A stretch of 64,000 nt of DNA, taken from NCBI GenBank assembly GCA_963696385.1, contig CAVOKF010000008.1, positions 64,001 through 128,000 of the forward strand. The letters run 5' to 3'. Numbering within the stretch: the stretch's first letter is position 1; each line of letters begins with the position of its first letter. The DNA is from an uncultured delta proteobacterium (lineage in GTDB: Bacteria; Myxococcota_A; Polyangia; Polyangiales; Polyangiaceae). A program made the position numbers and the translations under genes. A model generated the notes under the pieces. That model searched no databases. It saw only the letters and a program-made list of their open reading frames with translations, and was not told the origin of the DNA. This document shows positions 10,100 to 19,946 of the stretch, piece by piece.

Positions 10100-10127
10100 G
10101 TGTCGGATCGGTGAAATCTATGTGACA
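10100..10127 (-). promoter_or_regulatory. Pho-box-like site upstream of the GT-pstBSCA-phoU operon
   Basis: Minus strand reads TGTCAC-ataga-TTTCAC-cgatc-CGACAC: three half-sites with 11-bp period, 43 bp upstream of the GT start. Confidence 0.65.
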
Positions 10128-10137
10128 CAATACGCTT

Positions 10138-11934
10138 TTACGGCGAACCGAGGGCGTTCGCCGCGTTCGCACGGTGCAACAGGACAGCGAATGTCGAGCC
10201 TTTGCCGACGACACTTTCGACCGAGACCCTGCCGCGCATGGCTTCGACCATGTGCTTGACGATGGAAAGCCCGAGCCCGGTTCCGCCGAGCTCTCGCGAC
10301 CGGCCGGCATCCACGCGATAGAACCGTTCGAAGACACGACCCAGGTGTTCCGCGGCAATCCCGGGGCCCGTGTCGGTCACGACCAAGCGAATCCGGCCGT
10401 CCTCCTCGGAGGCGCTGACCTGGATCCGGGCTCCGGGAGCACAGTATTTCACGGCGTTGTCGACGAGGTTGGAAAGGACGTGCTCGAGCGCGCGGGCGTC
10501 GCCGTCCACGGGTGCAAGCGCCGATGGAAGCGTCGCCGTCAACGCCACTCCTTTCTTTTCGGCACGTTCGCGGAAGAGCGCCAGAACGATGGGGACCACC
10601 CGCTGAAGGTCGACTCGCTCGCGCTTGAGTTTGAACTCGTTCGACTCGAGCTTGGACAACTCGAGCATGTCTTCGAGCAAGATCTGCAGGCGCTGGGCAT
10701 TGCGCTCGATGATGTCGACGAAGCGCGTGCTGGCGATTCGGTCTTCGAGCGCGCCGGTTCGCAGCGTCTCGGTCGCCGATCGCACCGCGGCGATCGGGGT
10801 GCGAAGCTCGTGCGACGCATTCGCGACGAAGTCGCGCCTCAACGACTCGAGACGCCGCAGCTCGGTGACGTCGACGAATACGAAAAGCATGCCCTCGTCC
10901 CCGCCCGACAGCGGCGCCGCGTGAACGACGACCCGTCGCGGCTTCAAACCGGGAAGCTCGATCTCGACCTGATGGTCGTCGAGCTCGGCTCGGGCTTGCT
11001 CGAGCATCGAGCTCAGCTGCGCGTGGCGGACAGTCTCCATCAGCAGTTTACCCACCGCGTCGGCGCCGAGCAGCAGCATCGACCGGAGCGCCGGGTTCAC
11101 GAGCACGACGCGGCCATGGCGATCGACCACGGCAACCCCGTCATGCATCGCCTCGAGAATTCTCTTATGCAGGTCGCGTTCGGCGCGCAGTTCACCCAGT
11201 GTGGTCCCGAGCCCACCGGCGAGTCGATCGAGGGCCTGCCCGAGCTCGGACAACTCGCTGCGCCCCGACAGCCTCGTCCGCACGGTGAGGTCTCCGTTGC
11301 CCATTCGCCGCGCGGCACGCGTCAACGAAGCGACCACGCCGGAGACCTGCATCGCCAGCGCGTTCGACAGCAGCAGGCAAAGCGCCAGGGCGATCGCAGC
11401 GACGACCCATATCCCACGACGAACGGCACTCTGGGTCCGGTCGAGGTCCGCCAACGACACCGAAACTCGAGCGACCCCTTGCACCACGCCTTCGCGATCG
11501 AACGGGACGGCGACGTGCAGGACGGAGTGCTGACCGGCCGGACCGCGGCGGATGATAGTCCCCTTGCCGTCCAACAGAGCTTCGCGCACCTCCGGCAGGC
11601 CGCCCGAGCTTTCGGGGGTCGTCGCCAACGGCCACGAAGCGTCCGAATCCCCCAGTACCCGCCCGTCGCGACCGATGATCGTGACGTGAGCGTCCGCCGA
11701 CTGCCCAAGCGATTGCGCAAGCGCGTGCCAGGCCGCGCGGTCCGCTGGATCGGGGGTCGCCGAAGCCGAGATTTCGCGAGCCACGAGTCGGGCTCGCGCC
11801 AACACGTCGCGCCGCAAGGAGTCGGTAGCGTCGGCCGCGATCCGCGTCGTGAGACCCACATCCGCTGCCGTGGCGCACAGCGACAGGATCGCGATCCACA
11901 TGACGAAGAGCCGCGTTCGCAGCCTCGCTCTCAC
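10138..11934 (-). CDS. phoR: Phosphate regulon sensor histidine kinase PhoR (TM-sensor-HAMP-PAS-HisKA-HATPase)
   Basis: RRDFVANASHELRTP, NLVDNAVKY and FERFYRVDAGRSRELGGTGLGLSIVKH motifs; pst context. Confidence 0.92.
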   Translation of the reverse strand: MRARLRTRLFVMWIAILSLCATAADVGLTTRIAADATDSLRRDVLARARLVAREISASATPDPADRAAWHALAQSLGQSADAHVTIIGRDGRVLGDSDASWPLATTPESSGGLPEVREALLDGKGTIIRRGPAGQHSVLHVAVPFDREGVVQGVARVSVSLADLDRTQSAVRRGIWVVAAIALALCLLLSNALAMQVSGVVASLTRAARRMGNGDLTVRTRLSGRSELSELGQALDRLAGGLGTTLGELRAERDLHKRILEAMHDGVAVVDRHGRVVLVNPALRSMLLLGADAVGKLLMETVRHAQLSSMLEQARAELDDHQVEIELPGLKPRRVVVHAAPLSGGDEGMLFVFVDVTELRRLESLRRDFVANASHELRTPIAAVRSATETLRTGALEDRIASTRFVDIIERNAQRLQILLEDMLELSKLESNEFKLKRERVDLQRVVPIVLALFRERAEKKGVALTATLPSALAPVDGDARALEHVLSNLVDNAVKYCAPGARIQVSASEEDGRIRLVVTDTGPGIAAEHLGRVFERFYRVDAGRSRELGGTGLGLSIVKHMVEAMRGRVSVESVVGKGSTFAVLLHRANAANALGSP

Positions 11935-11965
11935 GACCCGCCCCCGGGCGTCGCGCCGGCCCCGA

Positions 11966-14011
11966 TCATTTTGCTTTGATGAAGCTCGCGGGCACCACCC
12001 ATTTCGGGCTCTTTAGCAGTTCGCACGCGAGGCCCAGAAAGACCGCACGAAGGACCTCGTCGGGATCCGTCGCATGCGCACCCGTTCGCTCGGCCATCAC
12101 CTTGGCCAGGGTGGTCTTTCCCGTGATCGACTCGATGACCGCCGCTTCGCGCTCCGGCAGGCGGAACATTTCGAGGCGTACGGGCGGCACGGCAACGGGC
12201 TCGATGACTTCTTCGGAGATCGGAGCGAGCATGGATTGGAGCTCCTCGTAGCCATAACCGCCTCGAATTCCGCGATTGATGATCTCGTAGATATCGACCC
12301 CGAGCGGAAACGTCTCCTCTTGCGATCGAACTCCGCGGGCAAATGCAATTTCCCCCTCTTTCCACCGAAACACGTCGACAAGACGACCTTGGGTCTGGTC
12401 GTGGATGGCGCGAAACAACTCAATCGGTCGCAAAACGCCGATTCCGACCAGCGTGTCGCCGAGACGGCCGCCGAAGCGCGGGAGCATGGCGAGCGCCATC
12501 TCCAACTCCATCCGCAGAACCTGACCCCGGCGGATGAGAAATTCGCCGAGAAGCTCCCCCTTGTCCGTGGAACTCACCCATTCGGGGGAACCCTCGACAA
12601 AGAAGATGCGCTTTCTCCGCGTCCCATTTCGCAGCACGAGCGCGCCGGTTTCACGGCGCACCGCCAGATGAAACACGCGGGTCGGAAGGCGGGCGGGGTC
12701 TAGACCGCCGGAGTCGACGGCGTCGCTCGGGAAGTCGACGTCCCAACGCAGCGCGGGGCTCGCCAAGAAGCGTGCGAGCTCCGGGTACTCGGTCGGAGGG
12801 CGGAACCGCCCCTGCTCGCGCGCAATCTCGCAGCGCGCGCTGAGCTCGCCGGTCGCGAAGAGCTCGACGAGCCGATGGAAAGCCATCGGCCCCATGAGGC
12901 CACCGTCGCTGCGTTGCACGCGATAGGTGCTCGGAGACGCCGGCTGCGGGGGATTCGGCGAAGGGCCCGACTGGTGCGTCGGAAGCTCCGAGTCGTGAGC
13001 TTCGCGAGCGGCCGCCAACGCCGGCTCCGGCGACCCCGCGGTATCGACTTCGCTGTCGCCGAAGTCGATAGGCGAGACGAGCCCCAACTTTTCGATGAGC
13101 CCCGCGAGGCGTGAAGGACCCACCTGCAGCCGGCGACGCCGCACCACCTCTTCGATCGCTTCGGCGAATGCGGCCGCGTCGGGCCAGCGCAAGGCGGGAT
13201 CTCGCGCGAGCGCGCGAAACAGAACGGCCCGAAGATCGTCGGGGACGCGCGACCCGGCCCGATCGATCACCGAAACGTCCGCATCCCGAATTCGCAAGAG
13301 AACGTCGAGCTCTTTGCCGCCACTGAAAAGCGGCTTCAGGATGAGCATCTCCGCCAGGACGATCCCGACCGTGAAGAGATCGCTTCGCCCATCGAGGTCG
13401 CGCCCGATGACCTGCTCCGGGGACATGTAACCGAGCTTGCCCTTGAGCTGGCCCGCATCCGTTCGGCGCTCGATCTCGACGGCGCGCGCGATGCCGAAGT
13501 CGGTCAGTTTGACGGCGCCTGAACGGTCGATGAGCACATTTCCAGGCGAAACGTCCCGGTGCACGAGATGAAGGGGCCTGCCCGCGTCATCGCGTGCTCC
13601 GTGCGCGTAGTCGAGAGCACGCAGAACGGAAAGAGCCGTATGCAGACAGACGTCGAGGGGGATGTCCTCGCCGACCGCGGCCGCGCCCCGGATGAGACGA
13701 GCGCCCGTCGTGCCGTCGACGTACTCCATCGCCATGTACAGTTCGCCGTCCTGCTCGCCGAAGTCGAACACTTGAACGATATTCGGGTGGCCGAGCCGCG
13801 CGCACACCCGCGCCTCGTCGATGAACATCGCGACGAAGTCCGGATCGCGAGCGTATTGAGGAAGGATCCTTTTGACGGCCACGAACTTCTGGAAACCGTG
13901 AGGGCCCGCTCGGCGCGCCAAGTAGACTTCCGCCATCCCGCCGGTTGCGATCCGCTTCAGGAGCTCGTACGGCCCCAGGCGCGGAGGCGCTGGGGAGGAG
14001 GGAATGGTCAT
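11966..14011 (-). CDS. Hanks-type Ser/Thr protein kinase with C-terminal DUF4388/MshEN-like region
   Basis: GGMAEVY, VAVKRI, HRDVSPGN, DFG and YMSPEQ motifs. Tail has RETGALVL..KRIFFVEGSP and tandem LLG/RLG repeats. Start at 14011 (or 14032) inferred; the longer ORF is antisense to truB. Confidence 0.92.
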   Translation of the reverse strand: MTIPSSPAPPRLGPYELLKRIATGGMAEVYLARRAGPHGFQKFVAVKRILPQYARDPDFVAMFIDEARVCARLGHPNIVQVFDFGEQDGELYMAMEYVDGTTGARLIRGAAAVGEDIPLDVCLHTALSVLRALDYAHGARDDAGRPLHLVHRDVSPGNVLIDRSGAVKLTDFGIARAVEIERRTDAGQLKGKLGYMSPEQVIGRDLDGRSDLFTVGIVLAEMLILKPLFSGGKELDVLLRIRDADVSVIDRAGSRVPDDLRAVLFRALARDPALRWPDAAAFAEAIEEVVRRRRLQVGPSRLAGLIEKLGLVSPIDFGDSEVDTAGSPEPALAAAREAHDSELPTHQSGPSPNPPQPASPSTYRVQRSDGGLMGPMAFHRLVELFATGELSARCEIAREQGRFRPPTEYPELARFLASPALRWDVDFPSDAVDSGGLDPARLPTRVFHLAVRRETGALVLRNGTRRKRIFFVEGSPEWVSSTDKGELLGEFLIRRGQVLRMELEMALAMLPRFGGRLGDTLVGIGVLRPIELFRAIHDQTQGRLVDVFRWKEGEIAFARGVRSQEETFPLGVDIYEIINRGIRGGYGYEELQSMLAPISEEVIEPVAVPPVRLEMFRLPEREAAVIESITGKTTLAKVMAERTGAHATDPDEVLRAVFLGLACELLKSPKWVVPASFIKAK

Positions 14012-14041
14012 CGACGATTGCGATCTTAACATGGGGCCATC

Positions 14042-14986
14042 GTGACCTCCGGTTTGTTGTCCCGAGAACCTTCGGGCGTTCTGATCCTCGATAAATCCAG
14101 GGGGCTGACGAGCCATGCCGTCGTATCGCACATGCGCCGCGTCCTCGGCGTGCGCGCCATCGGACACGCAGGGACGCTCGACCCGATGGCGACCGGAGTG
14201 CTCGTGCTCGCGGTCGGAGAGGCAACCAAACTCGTGCCGTGGCTGACCTCCCACGACAAAGTCTACGAAGCGACCATCGCGCTCGGCGTCGCGACCGACA
14301 CGCTCGACGCGGACGGGCGAGAACTTCGCCGAGAGCCTCTCGCCCGGGAGTTGCTCGGCGAATTGGCCCGGTCCGACAATCCGACGATCGCGGTCGGATT
14401 GCACGCCGCGCTGGCGCGCGAGCGGGGTCGAACGAGCCAAGTCCCGCCGCAATTCTCGGCGATCAAGACCCGAGGGGAGCGCGCGTTCGCGAGGGCGCGG
14501 CGCGGGCAAGTGACCGAGCTTGCCCCGCGGCAAGTCTGCGTCCGTCGCCTCGATCTGGCCGGGTCGAGCGACGAGCCCGCGCGGATCGACGTCGAGATCG
14601 AGGTCGGCAGCGGTTACTATGTCCGCGCGATGGCGAGAGATCTGGCGGAGAGTCTCGGGACCAGCGGGCACTTGATCCGGCTGCACCGGACGCGGTCGGG
14701 ACCGTTCGCCGTGGACGAAGCCATCTCGATGGATGCGCCGCTTGCCGCGATTCGCGCTCGCATTCAAGCGTTGGCGCACGCTGCGACGCGCACACTCGCC
14801 GTGGCGAGACTGACGCCGGCGGGCGCCCGCGACGCACGATGCGGGCGGCCGGTTCAGCCTTCGGACATCGTCGCCCCCCAACGCGGGCCTTGTGCCTGGA
14901 TCGACGAGGCAGGCACGCTGGTCGCGGTCGGGACTGTCGCCGACGACGGCCGGGGCAGCGTCATTCGAGGCTTCGTGGGCGCCTAG
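14042..14986 (+). CDS. truB: tRNA pseudouridine(55) synthase
   Basis: GHAGTLDPMATGVL, QVPPQFSAIK and GSGYYVRAMARD motifs. Confidence 0.96.
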   Translation: MTSGLLSREPSGVLILDKSRGLTSHAVVSHMRRVLGVRAIGHAGTLDPMATGVLVLAVGEATKLVPWLTSHDKVYEATIALGVATDTLDADGRELRREPLARELLGELARSDNPTIAVGLHAALARERGRTSQVPPQFSAIKTRGERAFARARRGQVTELAPRQVCVRRLDLAGSSDEPARIDVEIEVGSGYYVRAMARDLAESLGTSGHLIRLHRTRSGPFAVDEAISMDAPLAAIRARIQALAHAATRTLAVARLTPAGARDARCGRPVQPSDIVAPQRGPCAWIDEAGTLVAVGTVADDGRGSVIRGFVGA

Positions 14987-15099
14987 CGCACCGTGCGCAA
15001 GATACCGTCAACATCCACAAGATCGATCCGTCTGGCCAGGGCGCTGATCCTTCGGCCGGTAGGCTTGGCCCTACCTCGCGCACGTGCACGAGCAGTCGG

Positions 15100-16125
15100 T
15101 CACTTCTTTTTCGCGGCCGCGGCGTCTCGCGCGGCTTTGAGACGATCGCGGGCTGGTTTCGCGAGCGACCCGTTCGGCTCGAGGTCGAGCACTTTGGCGT
15201 ATTCGGCGGCCGCGTCCTTGAACCGCTTGGCCATCGCCAACCGGCCCCCGAGGTAATAGTGCGCCGGGGCATACGTCGGTTCCCGCGCGACAGCGGCTTG
15301 AAGATCGTCGAGTGTACCTCGCTCGTCCTTCAGTCCGAGCCGGCAAAGCGCCCTTTCCGTCCGCACTTCGCCGCCGTCTTTGAGCGCGATGGCTGCGTCG
15401 AAGGTACTCACGCACGATTCGAATTCGCCTGCGAAGCGGTATTCGTGGCCCACCGAGGCCAGCATGCCGTAGTCGTCTTTGACCCGGCCACGCGCGGCAT
15501 CGAGATGCGCGACCGCGCCAGGCAGGTGCCAGACATTGAGCCAATGCGCGAGCGTCAGTTGAAGCATCGGATCGGCGGGAGCCATCTCGGCAGCTTGCCC
15601 GAGTTCGCGGATCGCCTGATCCCGTTCACCGCGCGCGGCCATCGCCACCCCGAGATTCTCATGGAGGGCCGCGCTGCCGGGGTGCTTCGCCAGCCCGGCG
15701 CGTGCCACCTCGAGCGCCTCATCGGGCCGCCCTTCGTCGATGTAGAGAGCGCTCAGCTCGGCCGCCGCCGAGTCCAGATCGGGTTTGGCGGCCAATGCGG
15801 ATTTGTAGGCCGACTCGGCCGCCGCCTTGTCCTGCAACTTTTCGCAGGCCATGCCCAAGTTGTAGAGAGCCTCGTAATCGCTGGCCTTCTTCTTGACCGC
15901 GGCCTCGAACGACGCGCGAGCGTCGGCGTAATGTCCGGCGTCAAACGCCTTGATGCCGTTCAGGAGATCGGACGACGGGACGGCTTCGGCCGTGCGGCTG
16001 GGTTCTGGGGCGGCGGCGCTGTCGAGCGCGGGCGGCGGGGCCGCCTGCGGTGCGGGAGTCGATCCACCGCACGCTGCGAGCGTCCACGCGACAAGCGCCC
16101 CCGAAACGGCTCCGATTGGCTTCAT
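15100..16125 (-). CDS. TPR-repeat lipoprotein
   Basis: Lipobox LAAC; multiple TPRs (ALYNLGMA, LHENLGVA, AHYYLGG). Confidence 0.85.
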   Translation of the reverse strand: MKPIGAVSGALVAWTLAACGGSTPAPQAAPPPALDSAAAPEPSRTAEAVPSSDLLNGIKAFDAGHYADARASFEAAVKKKASDYEALYNLGMACEKLQDKAAAESAYKSALAAKPDLDSAAAELSALYIDEGRPDEALEVARAGLAKHPGSAALHENLGVAMAARGERDQAIRELGQAAEMAPADPMLQLTLAHWLNVWHLPGAVAHLDAARGRVKDDYGMLASVGHEYRFAGEFESCVSTFDAAIALKDGGEVRTERALCRLGLKDERGTLDDLQAAVAREPTYAPAHYYLGGRLAMAKRFKDAAAEYAKVLDLEPNGSLAKPARDRLKAARDAAAAKKK

Positions 16126-16160
16126 GCCGCCCATCTTGTCATAGGCCCGGTCGGCGCGCG

Positions 16161-18881
16161 TCACCCGCCGACGGCCTGCACCAGCGCGTCCTGGACTTCC
16201 TTATATCGGGGCCCGCGCGCGATCTTCTGCCCATCGAGCTCGCTCACGTAAAATACGTCAGCGACCCGCGCTCCCTCCGTGTTGATTTTCGACAGGGCGA
16301 TCGACAGCCCGAGATGGTGGAGGGCCTGAGCCAAACGGTACAGTAGGCCCGGGCGATCCTTGGCAAAGACCTCGACGATCGTGTGGCGCGGAGAAGATCG
16401 ATCGTCGAGCAGGATCTCGGTCGGGACGGCCGGGCTCGGCCGCTCGCGCCACGCCGAGATCGATCCGGTTCGCTCGCGGATCAGGCTGTCCGGGGCGATC
16501 CGGCCTGAGCAGACGTCTTCGAGGTCGCGCGCCAGTCGGGGCATGGCCTGTTGCACGCCGTCGGTCCCCCCCTCCCGGTCGCGCACCCAAAACAGGTCGA
16601 CGGCCTCGACCCGGTCCCCGGCGGGACGAGAGTAGACCTGCGCGGCGAGCACTTCGAGACGGTTGGCGGTAAGCGCCGCGGCAATGCCGGCGAGCAGACC
16701 GGGACGGTCGTCCGCGACGACGCAGAGTTCGGCGGCCTCGGGGTGGCGCGAATGCACTCGAGCCACGTGAACGGGACGCGTTCCACGATCGAGCACGACC
16801 CTCGCGTGCTGCACGATCGACTCCGGCACGTTCGCCAACAGGTAGCGGTCCGGCATCGAAGCGAGCAGACGATCGAGGTTGCGCCGGGTGGTCCCCGACC
16901 AGGCCGCCCGCACCGCGTCGCGTACGCGGGCAACTCGCTCGACTTCTTCGCGCGGCTGATGGCCGGCCAGATACCCCTCGGCCGCGAAGTACAACTCGTC
17001 GAGCATGCGCCCCTTCCACGACGTCATCGCCGTCGGCGACGTCGTGCTCAGATCCGCGACCGTCAGCAGGTACAGGTTGCGCAGCCCTTCTCGACCGCGA
17101 ACCGTGCGGCAGAATTCCGCGATCGTGGCGGGGTCGTCGAGATCCCGGCGGGTTGCGATGCGGTACATGAGAAGGTGATCGAGTACGAGCTGCCGCGCTT
17201 CGTCGCAGTCCTCCGGGCTCATGCCGAGGCGAGGCAAAATGCGCGCGCACAAGTCGGCGCCCACTTTCGAATGCTGCCGGATCGACCCCTGCTCGTCCGG
17301 CCAACCTTTTCCGACGTCATGGAGGAGCGTCGCCAAAAAGAGAGGTACCGGGCGCGCAATCTCGACGGCCAGACGCGACGCGAGCGGAAACTCTTGAGCC
17401 AGCTCGCCGCGCGCGAACTGACGCAACCGATCGACGGCGGCGACCGAGTGAACGTCGACCGTGTAGACGTGGTAGATGTCGTGGTGAACGCGGCCGGTGA
17501 CGGGCAGAAACTCCGGCACCATCGCCAAGAGCAAGCCAACGTCGTGAAGCTCGCCGACGATCGAGCCGCGTTGCGTTCGCGTCTCGGGCACGGTGCAAAT
17601 GAGCTCGACGAACCACCGAGCGGCCTCGGGGCACGCGCGGAGCCGTTCGCACCATTCGCGATCGGCCGTGCATCGCGTGATCGCATCGCGCGCGAAAGGC
17701 AGCACCGGAGCCTGGTAGCGAACGCAAGCGGCGTACGCGCGCATCGCCAGAGCGGGGTCGTCCTGCAAGAGCGAGCTGCTCGCGATCGTCACGTGTCCCT
17801 CGAACAGCTGGACGCCATCCTCGAGGTCGGTCGGCGGCAACGGTTTGCCGCGACGGCGGGCCGGGCGCAACCGCTCGAAAAGGCTCGCGCGTGCACGACC
17901 GATGGATCGGGCGTGCAGATAATAGTCCTGCATGAGCCGCTCGGCGGCGCGGGCGCGATCCTCGCCGTACCCCATTTGGACCCCGAGCACCTCCTGGTCC
18001 TCGAACCCGAGTCGATCGGACTTGCGGCGGGCGCGCGCGTGCAAGCGATTGCGCACGCGCCAGAGAAACTCCTCGGACGCGGCGATCTCTTGCGCCTCGC
18101 GGGACACGACGATGCCCAGTCGCACCAACTCGCCCCAGAACCCCCCCTCCGTCGCCGTTTCCCTCACGTGGTAGCGGGCACGCGACGCCCACCGCACCCC
18201 ATCGAGGTCCCTCAGTCCGCCCGGCCCGCTCTTGACGTCCGGCTCCAGCAGGTAGACCGACCCGCCGAAGCGCTCGTGACGACCGGCGGCCTCCGCCTCG
18301 AGGCGATCGATGAAGACGCCCAGATCCTGCTCACCGAAGAGGCCCTCGTAGGCATGAACGGCCAGCTCGCGAAGCAGCCCCTCATCGCCGGCGAGGAAAT
18401 GCAAATCGAGAAGCGATGTGGCGGTCGCCAGATCTCGTTGGGCGAGGGGGATGGCGTCGCCGGCGCTGAGGATCTGGTGGCCGACGGGCAGCGCGGCGTC
18501 CCAGAGCGGATACAGAAATGCGTCGGCGAACGCTTCGGCCCTTTCGGTGCCCGACGGCGCAACGACCAGAACGAGATCCGCGTCGCTGTACAGCGCGACC
18601 GCCCCCCGACCGAAGCTGCCGACGGCCGCCAAAGCGAGGCCGGTCGCATCGACGCCGGGCCCGCTCGCGGCGGACATGTACCGGGCAACGATACACGTTT
18701 CGAGAAAGCGCGCGTTGGCGCGGCCTATCGCCAAACCGTCCTCGCCGGGCGTCGTCATCAGACGGGCAATCAGACTTTCGCGGTTGTCCTCCAGCGCTTC
18801 GCGGAGGACACCGATGTGGGCAGCGGGAATGGAAGAGACGGCCTGCGGAGCGGGAGAAGGAGACGACGGATTGGACGTCAT
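16161..18881 (-). CDS. glnD: Bifunctional PII uridylyltransferase/uridylyl-removing enzyme
   Basis: AVGSFGRG..YSDADL, LEPDVKSGPGGLRD, YHVYTVDVHS and LLHDVGKG motifs; two ACT domains (DRPGLL). Start 18881 or 18920. Confidence 0.97.
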   Translation of the reverse strand: MTSNPSSPSPAPQAVSSIPAAHIGVLREALEDNRESLIARLMTTPGEDGLAIGRANARFLETCIVARYMSAASGPGVDATGLALAAVGSFGRGAVALYSDADLVLVVAPSGTERAEAFADAFLYPLWDAALPVGHQILSAGDAIPLAQRDLATATSLLDLHFLAGDEGLLRELAVHAYEGLFGEQDLGVFIDRLEAEAAGRHERFGGSVYLLEPDVKSGPGGLRDLDGVRWASRARYHVRETATEGGFWGELVRLGIVVSREAQEIAASEEFLWRVRNRLHARARRKSDRLGFEDQEVLGVQMGYGEDRARAAERLMQDYYLHARSIGRARASLFERLRPARRRGKPLPPTDLEDGVQLFEGHVTIASSSLLQDDPALAMRAYAACVRYQAPVLPFARDAITRCTADREWCERLRACPEAARWFVELICTVPETRTQRGSIVGELHDVGLLLAMVPEFLPVTGRVHHDIYHVYTVDVHSVAAVDRLRQFARGELAQEFPLASRLAVEIARPVPLFLATLLHDVGKGWPDEQGSIRQHSKVGADLCARILPRLGMSPEDCDEARQLVLDHLLMYRIATRRDLDDPATIAEFCRTVRGREGLRNLYLLTVADLSTTSPTAMTSWKGRMLDELYFAAEGYLAGHQPREEVERVARVRDAVRAAWSGTTRRNLDRLLASMPDRYLLANVPESIVQHARVVLDRGTRPVHVARVHSRHPEAAELCVVADDRPGLLAGIAAALTANRLEVLAAQVYSRPAGDRVEAVDLFWVRDREGGTDGVQQAMPRLARDLEDVCSGRIAPDSLIRERTGSISAWRERPSPAVPTEILLDDRSSPRHTIVEVFAKDRPGLLYRLAQALHHLGLSIALSKINTEGARVADVFYVSELDGQKIARGPRYKEVQDALVQAVGG

Positions 18882-19066
18882 AAACACCGGTGGGAGCGGG
18901 AGCGACCGATCGGGGTGCACGCCCGCATCGTCTCATTGTAGCGGAACGAGTCGGCGCGCGTGGGCGCGCGATGTGGCTTGACATCACACGGCAACTGACA
19001 TTATTGGCTATGAGGGGTTGTGGTGCGCCGCACCGCGCTTTGTCGCAGACCCCCTGGGAGGGTTGA

Positions 19067-19912
19067 ATGAAGCCGCACTATCTCGTTGTTTTGGGCACGT
19101 TCAGCCTTATAGGCAGCGGGCTCGTCCTTCAGGCCTGCAGCAGCACCCAGAGCAACGAAGGGCCGAGCGATTCGGGGACGCCGGACAGCACGACGATGGC
19201 GGAGACGGGCGTCACGACCCCCGATTCGTCGTCCGATGGGTCGTCACCCGACGCAGGCGATGCGTCCGTGACCGATGCGGCAGCCCTCGACGCCCCGCCG
19301 GACACGGTCGGCGTCACGAGCGACGCGGCCGAGGGCGGCGGGTTGTGCGTCGCGTTCGACGCCGGCCCGCTCGACGAAGCATCGGTCGCCGCAGGTCTCG
19401 CGTTCATCGAGAACACGGGGCGCTGCTACCATTGCCACCAGACGGACACGAGCGCGGATGCGGCGATCGTGCTGTCGGGCAACGACGCTTCCATCAGCGA
19501 CAGCGGTCCGGTCTACCCGCCGAACTTGACGCCCGATCTCGCGACCGGACTCGGCTGCTGGAGCAATGAGCAAATTGCCAATGCCATTCTTTACGGCGTG
19601 GATCCCGGCGACGGAGGCCCATTCTGCGTGATGCCGACGTTCGGCTTGCCCAAAACGAATCCGGACGGAAGTGTCTCGCCGGCGGAACTGACCGACGCGT
19701 CGGTCGGCAACGTGATCGAGTTCTTGCGCAGCTTGGCTCCCGTCGACAACCAGGTTCCCGCCACCGTCTGCCCCGCCTCCGCACCCGCCGATTCGGGCAC
19801 CTCCGACGCGGCCGATGCCGGCGACGCGGCCAATGCCGGCGACGCGGCCAATGCCGGCGACGCGGCCGATGCCGGCGACGCGGGCGATGCCGCCGACGCA
19901 TCCGGCGGTTAG
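19067..19912 (+). CDS. Monoheme cytochrome c lipoprotein with acidic low-complexity tethers
   Basis: Lipobox LQAC; CYHCH heme motif; NLTPD..TGLG.WS motif of dehydrogenase-type cytochrome c units; distal VMP Met ligand candidate. Confidence 0.8.
   Translation: MKPHYLVVLGTFSLIGSGLVLQACSSTQSNEGPSDSGTPDSTTMAETGVTTPDSSSDGSSPDAGDASVTDAAALDAPPDTVGVTSDAAEGGGLCVAFDAGPLDEASVAAGLAFIENTGRCYHCHQTDTSADAAIVLSGNDASISDSGPVYPPNLTPDLATGLGCWSNEQIANAILYGVDPGDGGPFCVMPTFGLPKTNPDGSVSPAELTDASVGNVIEFLRSLAPVDNQVPATVCPASAPADSGTSDAADAGDAANAGDAANAGDAADAGDAGDAADASGG
19805..19894 (+). repeat. In-frame 18-bp tandem repeat (about 5 units) encoding DAA(D/N)AG
   Basis: GACGCGGCC(G/A)ATGCCGGC x4 plus one degenerate unit. Confidence 0.9.
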
Positions 19913-19946
19913 CCTGAAGTTCCTGGCGGGGAACTTCAGGTTAGCC
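19907..19946. terminator. Hairpin between convergent genes (possible terminator)
   Basis: CCTGAAGTTCC (19913-19923) and GGAACTTCAGG (19930-19940) form a perfect 11-bp stem directly after the stop codon. No clear U-tract. Confidence 0.55.

Noticed and set aside
14012..14881. N-terminal 290-aa extension of the Ser/Thr kinase ORF
   Set aside because: It is the antisense shadow of truB; kinase homology starts near 14011.
16551..18941. Long plus-strand ORF (796 aa) and similar long antisense ORFs (e.g. 10174-11979, 27660-30437, 55476-57452)
   Set aside because: They lie opposite well-supported genes; stop-poor shadow frames are expected at this GC content.
18978..19006. Sigma70 promoter for the cytochrome c gene
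   Set aside because: TTGACA is present, but no convincing -10 hexamer lies at 16-18 bp spacing.
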